NCBI GenBank assembly: GCA_963805315.1
Contig: CAWDTQ010000002.1
Span: forward strand, 137,694-201,693
DNA length: 64,000 nt
Reading direction: 5' to 3'
DNA from: an uncultured delta proteobacterium
GTDB taxonomy: Bacteria; Desulfobacterota; Binatia; Binatales; Binataceae
Shown here: positions 33,457 to 43,347 of the stretch, piece by piece
How the letters are laid out: every line of letters begins with the position of its first letter
Position numbering within the stretch: position 1 is the first letter of the stretch
The notes under the pieces: generated by a model
What the model saw: only the letters and a program-made list of their open reading frames with translations
What the model was told of the DNA's origin: nothing
Database searches by the model: none
Made by a program: the position numbers and the translations under genes

Positions 33457-35272
33457 TCACGAGCCGAGAGCTATCGCGGGATAGTAGATTCCCTGCTGCT
33501 GCCGCACCCACCATGCGCCGGTTTTTTCTTTTTCTTCAGGACTGGAGTAGCGATAGAGGTAAAGCTCGGCGCGCACATAAGCGGGCGGCTTGTGAGGAAA
33601 CGGATTGCTCCCGAGCAACGCGGTCACCTCGGGCGAATTCTCCAGCAAGCGCTCCAAAAACAGTGAGATCCAGGGATTGTCCGACGCCGTCCCCAAAGCG
33701 GCAAACCACATCTGCCAGTCGAGACGCGGCTGGTGCGGAGCGTTCCATGGCGGCCGACGCATGACGTCGCCCGGTTTGTATTTGAATGCGTATTCGCTCC
33801 AGTGAACACCATCGTCAGAGCCCTCGACAATGATTTCCGGCCGGGTGGTCGTCATCACGGCAAACAGCCCGTAGGTATTGACGAGATGCAGTGGCTCGAT
33901 TTCATGGTTGACCCACGCCGCCGTGAAGGAGATTCGGCCGGTGAACACCGCGCGAAGCTGTGCAAGGCTGACTGACACGATCAGCAGCGCGAAAGCTCCG
34001 ATAGCATAGGAGACGATCTTTTGCGGCCGAATTTCGTGGGCGTAGCGTTGCGCAAACCGCGTCACTCGATCCGGAAGAACCTTGCGCAGGGCAGCATCGT
34101 CAAATAGCACCAGGCACAAAGCCATCGTGAGTAGATTGAAGAATGCGTAGTTGCCGGTGAGAAGGATCACCACTTGCAACAACAGAATGCCGAACGCCGC
34201 GACGAACCTTAGTCGTCGAGGGAAAAAAATCAAAAACGGCAGCCCCAGTTCTATGACAAAGGTCGCCACTGTACATGCTTTGAGTAGGTCGGGCGGCAGG
34301 TGATGGGCGTACCACGCCAAGGGTGTCGGTAGCGGCTCGGTCTGAAAGTAGTAGGAGAGCGCGGACAGGTTAGCCCACGTGGGATCGCCGCTCAGAAGCT
34401 TGACCGCACCCGAAAGTAACATGAAACGGAACATAAGCCAGCGCAGCAGCCAGATGCCGGACCTGGTCGCGATGCTCAGGACCAGCGCAAGGACGCCAGT
34501 TTCCAGCAATAGGACGTCCCACTGAAAGCCCATAAAAATCTGACCGGCGTAGAAGAGCGAGAGATAGAAGACATAGAGAAGGAACAAGGTCGACGCGCGG
34601 CAGGACATTGAATATCAGCATCGCCGATAGGACTGCTCCCGCCCAGCATACGGCCGCGATTGCGAAATCGCTGTGGTCGATCCAGAACACCATCGGCAGT
34701 CGCCAGTAGCTTTCGACGCCGAGCTGGCTACGCGCCGCGTCGAGAAATTCGGATAGCGGCAGGATACCGTGGCTTCCGATCAATCCCGACGCTTGCACGC
34801 CAAAGGAAATAAACGCGGTAAGATAAATTACGCCCATCGCCCGCAGAAACAACCATGCAACCAGGTCGAAGCGCGGCGGCTCGTAGTCAGGACCCCATAG
34901 CCATCGGCTCGGGAGATAGAAGGCGGAGCGATTTGATGCGACAAGCGAGTAGATGCTCTCAGCGATTGCCGCGAAACCGGGAAGGCGCCGATATAGGGTC
35001 AGCCAGAAGCCCTTGCCGCCGGCGTGACTTAGAGTAAGAAGACAGGCCTCGGCGCCGCTGGCGATTTTTCCGTCGGGCGCCACGTATTGAACGGCGCGCT
35101 GGAACTCAGTCCTAGGAATCTCGGGATATTGTGCGCCGACTTCCTGGTACGGCGCATAGGTCACGCGCGGACCGGTTAGGTGCTGCCAATAACGCACCCA
35201 ATACTTGCAGAATCCACAATCGCCGTCATAGATGAGAAGCGGTTGGCGGGAGGAGGTGCTTGGTGTTTGCAT
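33457..35272 (-). CDS. DCC1-like thiol-disulfide oxidoreductase (DUF393) fused to a lipase maturation factor (LMF1) family membrane domain; apparent +1 frame break near 34596-34603
   Basis: N-terminus LLIYDGDCGFCKYWVRYW (DCC motif). ORF 34370..35272 is sensible to ...MLIFNVLP. ORF 33457..34608 then continues ASTLFLLYVFYLSLFYAGQIFMGFQWDVLLLETG...RPPWNAPHQPRLDWQMWFAAL (LMF signature). Confidence 0.75.
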
Positions 35273-35303
35273 AACGCCGGATTGTGGCTATTAGGCACCT
35301 CGT

Positions 35304-37574
35304 TTACTGGCGCGTCATGGCGGCGCGGACTTGCGCGTCGATCTCGCGATCCTGCGGTCCGGTCGGCAATTCAAACACCGCGCTCAGAATCCGTCCCGAG
35401 TAATTGAACGGCGATTGATAGTCCGCGTTGATCGGCGAAAGACTGCGCCCGAGGTCCATGCCGGTGCTGGAAAGTATGCGCAGCAGGTTCGCTATTTGGC
35501 CTTCTCCAACCTGAATGCCGTCGATCAGCAGCGCCGCGCGCGCGGCTACCGAAGCCTTGTCGGTCTTGTCGATCTTCACCGCAATTTTGTGGCGGCCAGG
35601 AGCTAGGCGACTATCCGACTCGACAATGGTGTGCTGATGAAAGCAGTTGTAGTCGAACTTCACACGGCCCTGTTTCACGTACAGCACGAATCCGCTGTTG
35701 CTGCTGCCTCGCGATATCAGCGCGCCGTCAGCGTCGGGCGACGGGTGATCGAGTTCGACGGTCATGGTCCAACCACGCGCGGTGGATGGGCACGCGTCGG
35801 CGACGATGTGTGAGATGGGTGGATAGTAAACGAACCGCCGGCGCGAGGTCGGCAGCCCCGGCCGCATCGCGGCGCGGAACAGCATCGCGGCCCCGCGATC
35901 GTCGAGCGGCAGCACTCCGTTGCGTTCCGCCTCGGCCCACCACAGATCCACCATTTCCTTGAGGCGCCTCGGTTCGGCGACGGCCATGTCATTGCACTCC
36001 GAGAAATCCTCGTCGAGATGGTAAAGCTCCCACTTGTCGTCGTCGAACGGCGTGCCCATGTCGTGATGCGTCACCGCCTTCCATCCGCGGTGCCATATTC
36101 CCCGATGTCCGAGCATCTCGAAGTACTGAGTAGTTCGCGCCGTCGCCGCGTTCGGATCGGTCAGCGCAGGTGCGAGACTGACGCCGTGAACCGGCATTTG
36201 CGGGACTCCGGCGACCACGCTTGGCGGCTCGATCTTCAGCAGATCCATGACAGTCGGCGCGAGATCGATCGCGTGGCAGAACTGGTGGCGGATTTGTCCC
36301 GGCGCTCCGAGCTTCGCGGGCCAGTGAACAATCAGCGGATCACGAACTCCACCGCCGTGAGTATTCTGTTTGTACCACTTCAGCGGCGTGTTACCCGCCT
36401 GCGCCCATCCCCACGGAATGTTGCAGTGGCTATTCGGTCCGCCGATGTCGTCCAGCCGTGCGACCGCCGCGTCGAGATCCTCACGCATGCCGTTGAAGTA
36501 GCGCATTTCGTCGAGCACGCCGGTCGGGCCGCCCTCCTGGCTGGCGCCGTTGTCGGACATCACGATGAACAGGGTGTCGTCGAGGAGGTTGAGCTCCTTG
36601 AGAAACGCGACGAGGCGGCCGATCTGCGCGTCGGTATGGTCCAGCATCGCCGCGAACGCTTCCTGCAGCCGCGCAGCGAACAATCGTTCCTTGTCCGACA
36701 GATCTGCCCACGGCCTCACACCCGGATTGTGCGGCGCGAGTCGCGTGTCCTTGGGCACGATTCCGAATTGTTTTTGGCGGGCGAACCATTCCTCGCGCGC
36801 GGCGTCCCATCCGGCGTCGAACCGTCCGCGATACTTCTCGAGATAGTTTCGCGGCGACTGATGAGGCGAGTGAGTCGCACCGAAGGCCAGGTAGAGAAAG
36901 AACTGTCGCTCGGGAACCAGTGATTTGGCGTCGCGAATGAAGCCGATCGAGCGATCGACGATATCCTCGGACACATGATAGCCCTCGGCGACCGTGCCGG
37001 GCGTATCGACGAAGTGATTGTCTGACGTCAGCTCGGGATAAAACTGATCGGTTTCAGCCTGCAGGAAGCCGTAGTAGCGATCGAATCCGCGCTGCAGCGG
37101 CCAATTGTGCAGCGGTCCCGCCGCGGTGCATTCCGCCATCGGCGCCAGATGCCACTTGCCGGCGGCGAACGTCGCGTGACCATGATCGCGCAGAATCTCG
37201 GCGAGCGTCGCGGCCGAGCGGGGGATCGCGCCGCGCATATTGGGAAAGCCGGTGTCCATGTTGGAGATGGCGCGCATCCCGACCGCGTGATGATTGCGTC
37301 CTGTAAGCAGGCACGCCCGCGATGGCGAGCACAGCGCGGTCGTGTGAAAGCCCGTGAAACGCAGGCCCGCAGCGGCGAGCCTGTCGATGTTGGGCGTTTC
37401 GATGGTCGAGCCGTAGCAGCCGAAATGCGCAAAGCCGCTGTCGTCGAGCACCACGATCACGACGTTTGGCGCGCCGTGCGGGAGCTTCGGCTCAGGCCAC
37501 CACGGCTTCGACTCCGCGACTGTGCGACCGATAACGCCGCCAAATTCTTCGCCCGACGGATGCTTGTACGACAT
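35304..37574 (-). CDS. arylsulfatase (large formylglycine-dependent type with C-terminal beta-sandwich domain)
   Basis: 756 aa. PNVVIVVLDDSGF, then the CxPxR box CSPSRACLLTGRNHH, then GKWHL and DNGAS. Confidence 0.9.
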   Translation of the reverse strand: MSYKHPSGEEFGGVIGRTVAESKPWWPEPKLPHGAPNVVIVVLDDSGFAHFGCYGSTIETPNIDRLAAAGLRFTGFHTTALCSPSRACLLTGRNHHAVGMRAISNMDTGFPNMRGAIPRSAATLAEILRDHGHATFAAGKWHLAPMAECTAAGPLHNWPLQRGFDRYYGFLQAETDQFYPELTSDNHFVDTPGTVAEGYHVSEDIVDRSIGFIRDAKSLVPERQFFLYLAFGATHSPHQSPRNYLEKYRGRFDAGWDAAREEWFARQKQFGIVPKDTRLAPHNPGVRPWADLSDKERLFAARLQEAFAAMLDHTDAQIGRLVAFLKELNLLDDTLFIVMSDNGASQEGGPTGVLDEMRYFNGMREDLDAAVARLDDIGGPNSHCNIPWGWAQAGNTPLKWYKQNTHGGGVRDPLIVHWPAKLGAPGQIRHQFCHAIDLAPTVMDLLKIEPPSVVAGVPQMPVHGVSLAPALTDPNAATARTTQYFEMLGHRGIWHRGWKAVTHHDMGTPFDDDKWELYHLDEDFSECNDMAVAEPRRLKEMVDLWWAEAERNGVLPLDDRGAAMLFRAAMRPGLPTSRRRFVYYPPISHIVADACPSTARGWTMTVELDHPSPDADGALISRGSSNSGFVLYVKQGRVKFDYNCFHQHTIVESDSRLAPGRHKIAVKIDKTDKASVAARAALLIDGIQVGEGQIANLLRILSSTGMDLGRSLSPINADYQSPFNYSGRILSAVFELPTGPQDREIDAQVRAAMTRQ

Positions 37575-37758
37575 TGGCCCTTCCTTCCCGGATGTTCTTT
37601 CTGCGATGTCCTATGACTATCAAATACCACGCTACTCCGTTAACGGACGCCGGCTATTCGAAACGTAGTCGCACGCGCTTGATCGCGCCGCATGGGCATG
37701 ACTAAACAAGTGCTCAGGAGCCAGTCGCACAGACGGCTCACCACTGGAGAAATTTTCG

Positions 37759-38760
37759 ATGCTGCATACGCCGATTTGCGATTATTTTGGAATCAAGTAT
37801 CCGATCCTGCTCGCCGGAATGGGCGGCGTCGCGATGCACAAGCTGGTTGCCGCGGTTTCCAACGCGGGCGGGCTCGGCGTTATCGGCGCCGCGTCGCTCA
37901 GCCCGGACGATCTGCGCGCGGAAATCCGCAGGACACGCGAGCTCACCGACAAGCCGTTCGCCGTCGATCTGCTCGCGCCGATTCCCGACATGATGCGCCC
38001 GCACGTGCCCGTGATGATCGAAGAAAAGGTCAAGGTTTTCGTCGCGGGACTTTCGGTGCCGGATGAATTCGTCAAGGTGATGCATGACAACGGAATGAAG
38101 ATCGTCGTGATGTGCGGCAAGGTGCATCACGGCGTCAAGTCGCAGCAGGCCGGCGCCGACGTGGTCGTCGCGCAAGGCACCGAGGCGGGCGGGCATACCG
38201 GCGAAATCGGGATGCTATCGCTGGTGCCGCAGATGATCGACGCGGTGAAGCTGCCGGTGCTGGCCGCGGGAGGAATCGCCGACGGACGACAGATCGCGGC
38301 GGCGCTGACCGTCGGTGCACAAGGCGTCGTGATCGGCACGCGCTTTATCGCGACGCCCGAGGCGCAGGCTGCGCCCGGCTATCGCGAGGCGATTGTCAGG
38401 GCGCACGAAGATTCCACCTTGCGCACGCGCGCGTACACCGGCAAGACCTGTCGCGTCATCCGCACCGAGTATGCGCTGGAGTGGGAGAAGGACCCGTCGA
38501 AGATTCAGCCGTTCCCGCAGCAGGCGATGACTTCGACGCGCAACGGCGTCATGAACTACACGGGACGCGGCGGCGCCGACGTCGATCCGAATCGCACCTT
38601 CATGCCGACCGGACAGGGCGCGGGATTGATTCACGAGATCAAGCCGACGGCCGAAGTGTTCGCGGATTTGTTGCGCGAGACCGAAGCAGCACTGCGAAAA
38701 GCGCAGCAGTTGCTCTCGGGCGATCCCGTAAGGCAGCATTCAGCCGCGCCGACTCGTTGA
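37759..38760 (+). CDS. nitronate monooxygenase / NAD(P)H-dependent flavin oxidoreductase (NMO, FabK-like)
   Basis: 333 aa. YPILLAGMGGVA...SNAGGLGVIG and AQGTEAGGHTG. Confidence 0.85.
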   Translation: MLHTPICDYFGIKYPILLAGMGGVAMHKLVAAVSNAGGLGVIGAASLSPDDLRAEIRRTRELTDKPFAVDLLAPIPDMMRPHVPVMIEEKVKVFVAGLSVPDEFVKVMHDNGMKIVVMCGKVHHGVKSQQAGADVVVAQGTEAGGHTGEIGMLSLVPQMIDAVKLPVLAAGGIADGRQIAAALTVGAQGVVIGTRFIATPEAQAAPGYREAIVRAHEDSTLRTRAYTGKTCRVIRTEYALEWEKDPSKIQPFPQQAMTSTRNGVMNYTGRGGADVDPNRTFMPTGQGAGLIHEIKPTAEVFADLLRETEAALRKAQQLLSGDPVRQHSAAPTR

Positions 38761-38800
38761 GAACCGAAAATGCGGCGCAGTTCCTTCGCCTCTTTTCCTA

Positions 38801-39180
38801 ATTCCCTCCCACGTTCGTCGGGGGAGGGTTAGGGAGGGTACAGACCGGCAGGATGGGTAACAGAATAGACCGGCAGGATGGGTAACAGATTGAATGTCAC
38901 GGCAGGAGGAGCGAGGCGATGCCGTGGCGGTTACCGATCATGCCGGTCTAAACTGTTACCGAGGATACTGTCTTCGAAATTGAAGTCCCTTCATCTGGTG
39001 GCGACGCAGGCGCGACCATAGCTTTTGTTCGGCTTCGGTTTGATCGCGTCTCAATTTGCGAGCCGTGTCGCGAGGAAGTGTTGGTTCGAATGGCATTGCT
39101 ACGCCCGTGGCCGTATGCGGCGCGCCAGGCAATCGCGCCGCATAATGTCCCCCACCCTAACCCTCCCCCGACGAGGGAAC
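38801..39180. repeat. inverted-repeat-bounded ~380-bp intergenic element with iterated 23-nt internal motif (MITE-like or REP doublet)
   Basis: 38815-38838 tcgtcgggggagggttagggaggg matches the reverse complement of 39151-39174 at 23 of 24 positions. Perfect 23-nt tandem copies agaccggcaggatgggtaacaga lie at 38842-38864 and 38867-38889. An inverted copy at 38929-38949 matches 18 of 21. A hairpin cacggca...tgccgtg lies at 38898-38927. Confidence 0.6.
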
Positions 39181-39256
39181 CAAACGTCACCGCCGAAAAT
39201 GCATCGCGACGACGATCGCGAGCGCGAAAAGAACGATTCCCCGGCGCTACGCCAGC

Positions 39257-40834
39257 TCAGCCTTCGGGCGCGAGCATCTTGTCTGGCCGCACCAGCCGGT
39301 CGAATTGCTCTCCCGTGAGCAGCTTCAACGCGATCGCCGCCTGGCGCAGCGAGATTCTTTCCGCGTGCGCCTTCTTGGCGACCTTGGCCGCGTTGTCGTA
39401 GCCGATAGGCTCGCTCAGCGCCGTCACCAGCATCAGCGAATTTTCGACATTGCGGCGGATCTGGTCGCGATTCGGCGCGATCCCTTCGACGCAGTACTTG
39501 CTGAACGACGCGCACGAATGCGCCAGCAGCATCGTCGAGTGCAAAAAATTGTGGATGATGAGCGGCTTGAAAACGTTGAGCTCGAAATTCCCCTGCGAAC
39601 CCGCCATCGTGATCGCAACGTCGTTGCCGATCACCTGGATGCAAACCATCGTCATCGCCTCGCTCTGCGTCGGATTCACCTTGCCCGGCATGATCGACGA
39701 GCCCGGCTCGTTCTCCGGCAGGATCAATTCGCCAAGCCCGGTGCGCGGTCCCGAGCCCATCCATCGGATGTCGTTGGCGATCTTCATCAGCGAGACCGCC
39801 AGCGTCTTGAGCGCTCCGGAAGCCGCCACCAGCGCATCGTGCGCCGCCAGTGCGGCGAACTTGTTCGGCGCCGACTTAAACGGCAGGCCGGTGTAGGCCG
39901 CGATCTTTGCCGCTACGCGCTCGGCAAACTCGCGATGCGTATTGAGCCCGGTGCCGACGGCGGTGCCGCCAATCGCCAGCTCGAGCAGGTCCGGCAGGGC
40001 GGCCTCGATTCGCTTCAAGTCGTAGTCGAGCTGCGCGACGTAGCCCGAGAATTCCTGCCCCAGAGTCAGCGGCACCGCATCCATCAGGTGGGTGCGGCCT
40101 ATCTTTATGATGTCGGCGAACTCTTTGGCTTTGCGCGCGAGCGCGTCGCGCAACTTGCGCACCGACGGCAGCAGGTCGTGCGTGACTTCCTCGGCCGCCG
40201 CAATGTGCATCGCGGTCGGAAACGTGTCGTTCGACGACTGCGACATGTTCACGTCGTCGTTGGGATGGATTGGTCGCTTGCTGCCGAGCACGCCGCCGGC
40301 CATCTCGATCGCGCGATTCGAAATGACCTCGTTGGCGTTCATGTTGGTCTGCGTGCCGCTGCCGGTCTGCCAGATGCGCAGCGGAAAGTGATCGTCGAGT
40401 TTGCCCGCGATCACTTCGTCCGCGGCCGCCGCTATCAGCCTGGCCTTTTCGGGAGGCAACTTGCCGAGATCGCGATTAACTTCGGCGGCCGCCTTCTTCA
40501 AAATCCCAAAAGCACGGACCACGGAGCGCGGCATCCGATCGAAGCCGATGGCGAAGTGCAGCAGCGAGCGCTCGGTCTGCGCACCCCAGTAGCGGTCGCG
40601 CGCGACCTCGATCGCACCCATGCTGTCGGTTTCCAGTCGCCCGCTGGTCCGCGGCGTTTTGCTTGGGGTGGGAGCTGCGGGAGCCTTGGCCGATACGGGG
40701 CGCGAGACGACGGTGGCTTTGCGCGTCTTTCGCTTGAGGGTCCGTGTCGCTTTGGCCGCTTTGGGAGCCTTGCGGGACACCGCGCGCTTGGCGACCCTGG
40801 CCTTGCGCGGTTTCGATCTCGAGTGTGATGCCAT
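39257..40834 (-). CDS. fumC: class II fumarate hydratase with ~65-residue Lys/Ala/Pro-rich N-terminal extension
   Basis: 525 aa. [10 protein letters not shown]...YWGAQTERS and the signature [16 protein letters not shown]. Residues 1-65 read [37 protein letters not shown]... Confidence 0.9.
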   Translation of the reverse strand: MASHSRSKPRKARVAKRAVSRKAPKAAKATRTLKRKTRKATVVSRPVSAKAPAAPTPSKTPRTSGRLETDSMGAIEVARDRYWGAQTERSLLHFAIGFDRMPRSVVRAFGILKKAAAEVNRDLGKLPPEKARLIAAAADEVIAGKLDDHFPLRIWQTGSGTQTNMNANEVISNRAIEMAGGVLGSKRPIHPNDDVNMSQSSNDTFPTAMHIAAAEEVTHDLLPSVRKLRDALARKAKEFADIIKIGRTHLMDAVPLTLGQEFSGYVAQLDYDLKRIEAALPDLLELAIGGTAVGTGLNTHREFAERVAAKIAAYTGLPFKSAPNKFAALAAHDALVAASGALKTLAVSLMKIANDIRWMGSGPRTGLGELILPENEPGSSIMPGKVNPTQSEAMTMVCIQVIGNDVAITMAGSQGNFELNVFKPLIIHNFLHSTMLLAHSCASFSKYCVEGIAPNRDQIRRNVENSLMLVTALSEPIGYDNAAKVAKKAHAERISLRQAAIALKLLTGEQFDRLVRPDKMLAPEG

Positions 40835-41048
40835 CTTCTATATACCCGCTGTGTTTCGGACACTCTCGCGCCGACTATTCTAACCCGCCCGGCCCCCGAT
40901 GAAAGCGGCTCCCCGCCGTCGCGATTTGACCCCCGTGTTGCCCTTTTCTAAGGCGCTGTGCCGATATAGGTTATGGCGCGTGCCCAGACAAGGGAGCGCG
41001 AATCTAGCGAGATTTATAAAGACTGGATTTTAAGCGAGGCTGCCAACC

Positions 41049-41408
41049 ATGCCCTGGACGATCACCCGTCTTTGCCGCGACTGCGTTGACACTGGATGCG
41101 TCAGCGTGTGCCCCGTCGATTGCATCTACGAATACGTCGGCGCCGACAAGGTAAAATTCCCCAACCAGCTCTATATCGATCCCGACGAATGCATCGATTG
41201 CGGCGCCTGCGAGCCCGAATGTCCGTGGCAGGCGATTTTCGAGGAGCCGGCAGTTCCGGAGGTCCTCAAGGACGATATCGCGCTCAACCACGCACTGCTC
41301 GAAATCAAAGATCAGTTCAAGGTGATGCCGTTCAAGAAGGTCGAGCACCCGACGCCCGAGCAGGTCGCCGAGAACAAGAAAAAGTGGGGCGTCGATCCGA
41401 ATAGCTGA
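41049..41408 (+). CDS. ferredoxin (FdxA-like, two Fe-S cluster motifs)
   Basis: 119 aa. [17 protein letters not shown] and [12 protein letters not shown]. Confidence 0.85.
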   Translation: MPWTITRLCRDCVDTGCVSVCPVDCIYEYVGADKVKFPNQLYIDPDECIDCGACEPECPWQAIFEEPAVPEVLKDDIALNHALLEIKDQFKVMPFKKVEHPTPEQVAENKKKWGVDPNS

Positions 41409-41420
41409 ACGCGTGCGCTC

Positions 41421-41669
41421 TCAGCCGGCGTGCACGACGCGCCCGCTTCCTTCGAGATAGCTGCGTCCAAGGGGAGACAGGTCGACCAGCAGTTCGCTGC
41501 CGGCTGCATATCTTCGGGCGATGAAGCCTCGATCCAGCGCGTCTTCCCAGACCGTGAGCCTCGGGCATGACGTGCGCCAGGCGTCCATGACCTCGGAGTA
41601 GGGTCGCGGGCGCGCGGCTATCCACTCAAGGAAATCCAGGATGAGAGGTGCGAGCGTGTCGGTCGTCAT
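41421..41669 (-). CDS. small hypothetical protein
   Basis: 82-aa ORF with ordinary composition (LILDFLEWIAARPRPYSEVMDAWRTSCPRLTVWEDA). It fills the gap between convergent neighbours. No family recognised. Confidence 0.45.
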   Translation of the reverse strand: MTTDTLAPLILDFLEWIAARPRPYSEVMDAWRTSCPRLTVWEDALDRGFIARRYAAGSELLVDLSPLGRSYLEGSGRVVHAG

Positions 41670-41730
41670 CGGTAACTCCGATGCTAGCGCCGGTCCGCTT
41701 GCGTGACAACGCGACTACACGGGCGAGGTA

Positions 41731-42267
41731 TCAGACCGCTTCCTCAATCGCGGCCAGCAACGACCCGAGATCGAACGGCCCGTCGTGACGCGCACCGTTG
41801 ATGAAGAAAGTCGGGGTGCCATTAACCCCGCTCCTGACGCCACTGCGGAAATCCTCGCGCACGCGCTTAACGTAATGATGAGCCTCCATCTCCTTGACGA
41901 ATCGCGGCACGTCGAGTCGCAGCGCTTTTGCATATTTCAGCAGGTCGTCGTCCTCGAGCGCATCCTGATTTTCGTAGAGCATATCGTGCATCTCCCAGAA
42001 CTTGCCCTGGGCGCCGGCAGCCTCAGCCGCTTCCGCGGCATGCTCAGCGTGCGGATGCGCCTCACCTAGCGGGAAATTCCGAAACACAAAGCGCACTTTA
42101 TTTCCGAGGCGTTCCTGCAGAGCCTTCACTATCGGATAGGCTTCGCCGCAATAGGGGCATTCGTAGTCTCCGTATTCGACTATCGTGACCGGCGCCTTCG
42201 CCGACCCCTGGATGTGATCGTTCGCGCCGACGGGCGGTTTGAGTTTGCCGGTCGCAGTTGGACTCAT
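41731..42267 (-). CDS. DsbA-family thioredoxin-fold oxidoreductase
   Basis: 178 aa. CxxC site YECPYCGEAY. Thioredoxin-fold C-terminus VNGTPTFFING. Confidence 0.8.
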   Translation of the reverse strand: MSPTATGKLKPPVGANDHIQGSAKAPVTIVEYGDYECPYCGEAYPIVKALQERLGNKVRFVFRNFPLGEAHPHAEHAAEAAEAAGAQGKFWEMHDMLYENQDALEDDDLLKYAKALRLDVPRFVKEMEAHHYVKRVREDFRSGVRSGVNGTPTFFINGARHDGPFDLGSLLAAIEEAV

Positions 42268-42280
42268 CGCGGTGCGCCTC

Positions 42281-42766
42281 CTACTTCTTCGACGCGAGCG
42301 CTTCCAGTGCGTCCAGTATCCCGTCGGCCCCCGGATTGACGCCGACCGGTGACAGGTAGCTCCAGCTAATCGTCCCCTTCGGATCGATCACGAACAGCGC
42401 GCGCTCGGTGACGCCCTCCTTGTCGCGATAAGCGCCGTACCGGCGCGCGACCGCGCCCTTGGGCTCGAAGTCAGCCAGCAGTGGGAAGTGCAACTTGCGG
42501 TCTCTTGAGAAAGCAGCGTGGCACCACGAGCCATCGACCGAGATACCGACGATAGCAGCCTTGAACTTGTGAAACTCGGGCAGCACTTCATTGTAAAGCG
42601 CCATCTGATCGCCGCACACCGGACTCCAGTCAGCCGGATAGAATGCCACGATCAGTGGAGCGCCGCGGAAATCGCTCAACGACACGAGTTGGTCGGGCGT
42701 GCTATGCAGTGAAAAATCCGGGGCCGCAGCTCCCGGCGCGAGTATCTTGTTCGCGTTTTCAGCCAT
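42281..42766 (-). CDS. peroxiredoxin (AhpC/TSA family, AhpE/Bcp-like)
   Basis: 161 aa. APDFSL...LIVAFYPADWSPVCGDQ with the peroxidatic Cys. Confidence 0.85.
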   Translation of the reverse strand: MAENANKILAPGAAAPDFSLHSTPDQLVSLSDFRGAPLIVAFYPADWSPVCGDQMALYNEVLPEFHKFKAAIVGISVDGSWCHAAFSRDRKLHFPLLADFEPKGAVARRYGAYRDKEGVTERALFVIDPKGTISWSYLSPVGVNPGADGILDALEALASKK

Positions 42767-42896
42767 GATGAGATAGCCCTCCTGAAATCTTCCGATAGAT
42801 CCAAAACTGGTGCGCGGATCATCGATGCTAATCGCGATGAGCGGCTATGACAAACCGACTGGAGAAGCCAGAGCGGATGGACGAAAGGAAAACTAG

Positions 42897-43343
42897 CTAC
42901 TGCGTGATCACCATCGCCGCTGTGCGGGTCAGCGGGATTGTGACTGACGAGACAATGCTGGTCAGGGGCGGGAAGTTGTAGCTGACTGCCACGGTGACCA
43001 CGCTGCCGGGCTTGTTGTTGGGCGCCCAGGTCGTCGTGACGGTCAAGGAATTTGTGTTCAGCACGCCGGCGACGAGAGTGTTGACGTAGGTTTGAACGTT
43101 GGCCGCGGACACTACAGTCGGCGCGGTCGAGCCATGGACGGTCGCATAGCGCACGGCCTGCTGGGCGCCGTAGCAGACGAAGTCGTAGCAATAGAGCGCC
43201 AGCGCAAAGTTGATGATACCGAAAAACAGCGCCAGGCACGGCGTCAGCACCAGCGCATACTCGGCCATCGCCTGCCCGGGATGCCCACCGGCGATCGCAT
43301 CGCGCAACTGCCGGCGAAATATCTTGATGCTGTGCAACTTCAT
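42897..43343 (-). CDS. TadE-like pseudopilin
   Basis: 148 aa. N-terminal motif GQAMAEYALVLTPCLALFFGIINFA. Confidence 0.75.
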   Translation of the reverse strand: MKLHSIKIFRRQLRDAIAGGHPGQAMAEYALVLTPCLALFFGIINFALALYCYDFVCYGAQQAVRYATVHGSTAPTVVSAANVQTYVNTLVAGVLNTNSLTVTTTWAPNNKPGSVVTVAVSYNFPPLTSIVSSVTIPLTRTAAMVITQ

Positions 43344-43347
43344 CTGA

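Noticed and set aside
38842-38889. The two perfect 23-nt tandem repeats, considered as a minimal CRISPR array.
   Set aside because: There are only two copies, separated by 2 nt with no spacers. There are no cas genes in the window, and the motif also occurs inverted nearby. This is consistent with binding sites or subterminal repeats instead.
39083-39093. A ggttcgaatgg string resembling a tRNA T-loop inside the long NMO-fumC spacer.
   Set aside because: The flanking bases cannot form the 5-bp T-stem (gttgg against ggcat). No acceptor or anticodon arms can be drawn around it.
40835-41048. A candidate sigma-70 promoter (ttgacc N17 taaggc around 40925-40955) in the fumC/ferredoxin divergent spacer.
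   Set aside because: The -10 match is poor, and I cannot distinguish it from background in this spacer without transcription-start data.
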